A stretch of DNA of 64,000 nucleotides, taken from Adineta vaga. Taxonomy: Eukaryota > Animalia > Rotifera. Position 1 is the first letter of the stretch, and the number at the start of each line of letters is the position of its first letter. Of this stretch, positions 63,821-64,000 are shown piece after piece. Made by a program: the position numbers and the translations under genes. Location: the NCBI GenBank assembly GCA_021613535.1, contig CP075497.1, forward strand, positions 5,518,001 through 5,582,000. The letters run 5' to 3'. Under the pieces are notes generated by a model. It was not told the DNA's origin. It searched no databases and worked only from the letters and a program-made list of their open reading frames with translations.

Positions 63821-64000
63821 ATCTGAAATTTAACGAAAAAAAATGAGCGTGTGAATTTCATAAATTTTGATTTTCGCGCCAAAAAAAAACATTCCAAGAC
63901 TATTCTCATTTAATCCATACACACATCAAGTATTGAACGTTTTACTGAATTATAATAATGGAACTACTCATTCGCTTGTTTGTATGTTATTCGATTAGTA

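Noticed and set aside
1-64000. CRISPR arrays, tRNA/rRNA genes, intact transposases or prokaryotic defence operons
   Set aside because: None recognised by eye; the sequence is intron-rich eukaryotic DNA.

Overview
AT-rich, gene-dense eukaryotic (metazoan) DNA with many short (~50-70 nt) GT-AG introns. Gene content (intronless F-box/LRR-like paralogues, FG-GAP and NHL-type secreted proteins, orphan class-A GPCR duplicates, a bacterial-type glycoside hydrolase) suggests a bdelloid rotifer; this is an inference, not a database result. 1-12 kb is an accessory island: decayed low-complexity gene, F-box paralogue A, FG-GAP pseudogene, intronless CBM-GH5 glycosidase (candidate horizontal transfer), secreted beta-propeller protein, F-box paralogue B. 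The rest is mostly conserved genes: TMEM143, TRAK/Milton, DAP3, PGRMC, KRIT1, STARD3, two GPCRs, a macroH2A-like histone, ANKEF1, DCP1, VPS39/TGFBRAP1, ING, ULK3, FBP, an F-BAR/STAC-like gene, an orphan small ORF and HSF1. A mariner-type non-autonomous element and a possible Dicer-helicase relic are also present. Top candidates for new biology: (1) operon-like clusters (DCP1-VPS39-ING; PGRMC-KRIT1-STARD3) with ~110-350 bp spacers built as poly(A) signal, T-rich tract and AG acceptor next to the ATG, suggesting polycistronic transcription resolved by trans-splicing; (2) a macroH2A-type histone lacking its macro domain; (3) an F-BAR-STAC-motif protein without C1/SH3; (4) a recurring CTCF-like motif at gene/cluster boundaries. 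Several 1-2 bp frameshifts in otherwise intact genes are probably consensus errors. All homology calls come from recalled motifs and manual splicing.
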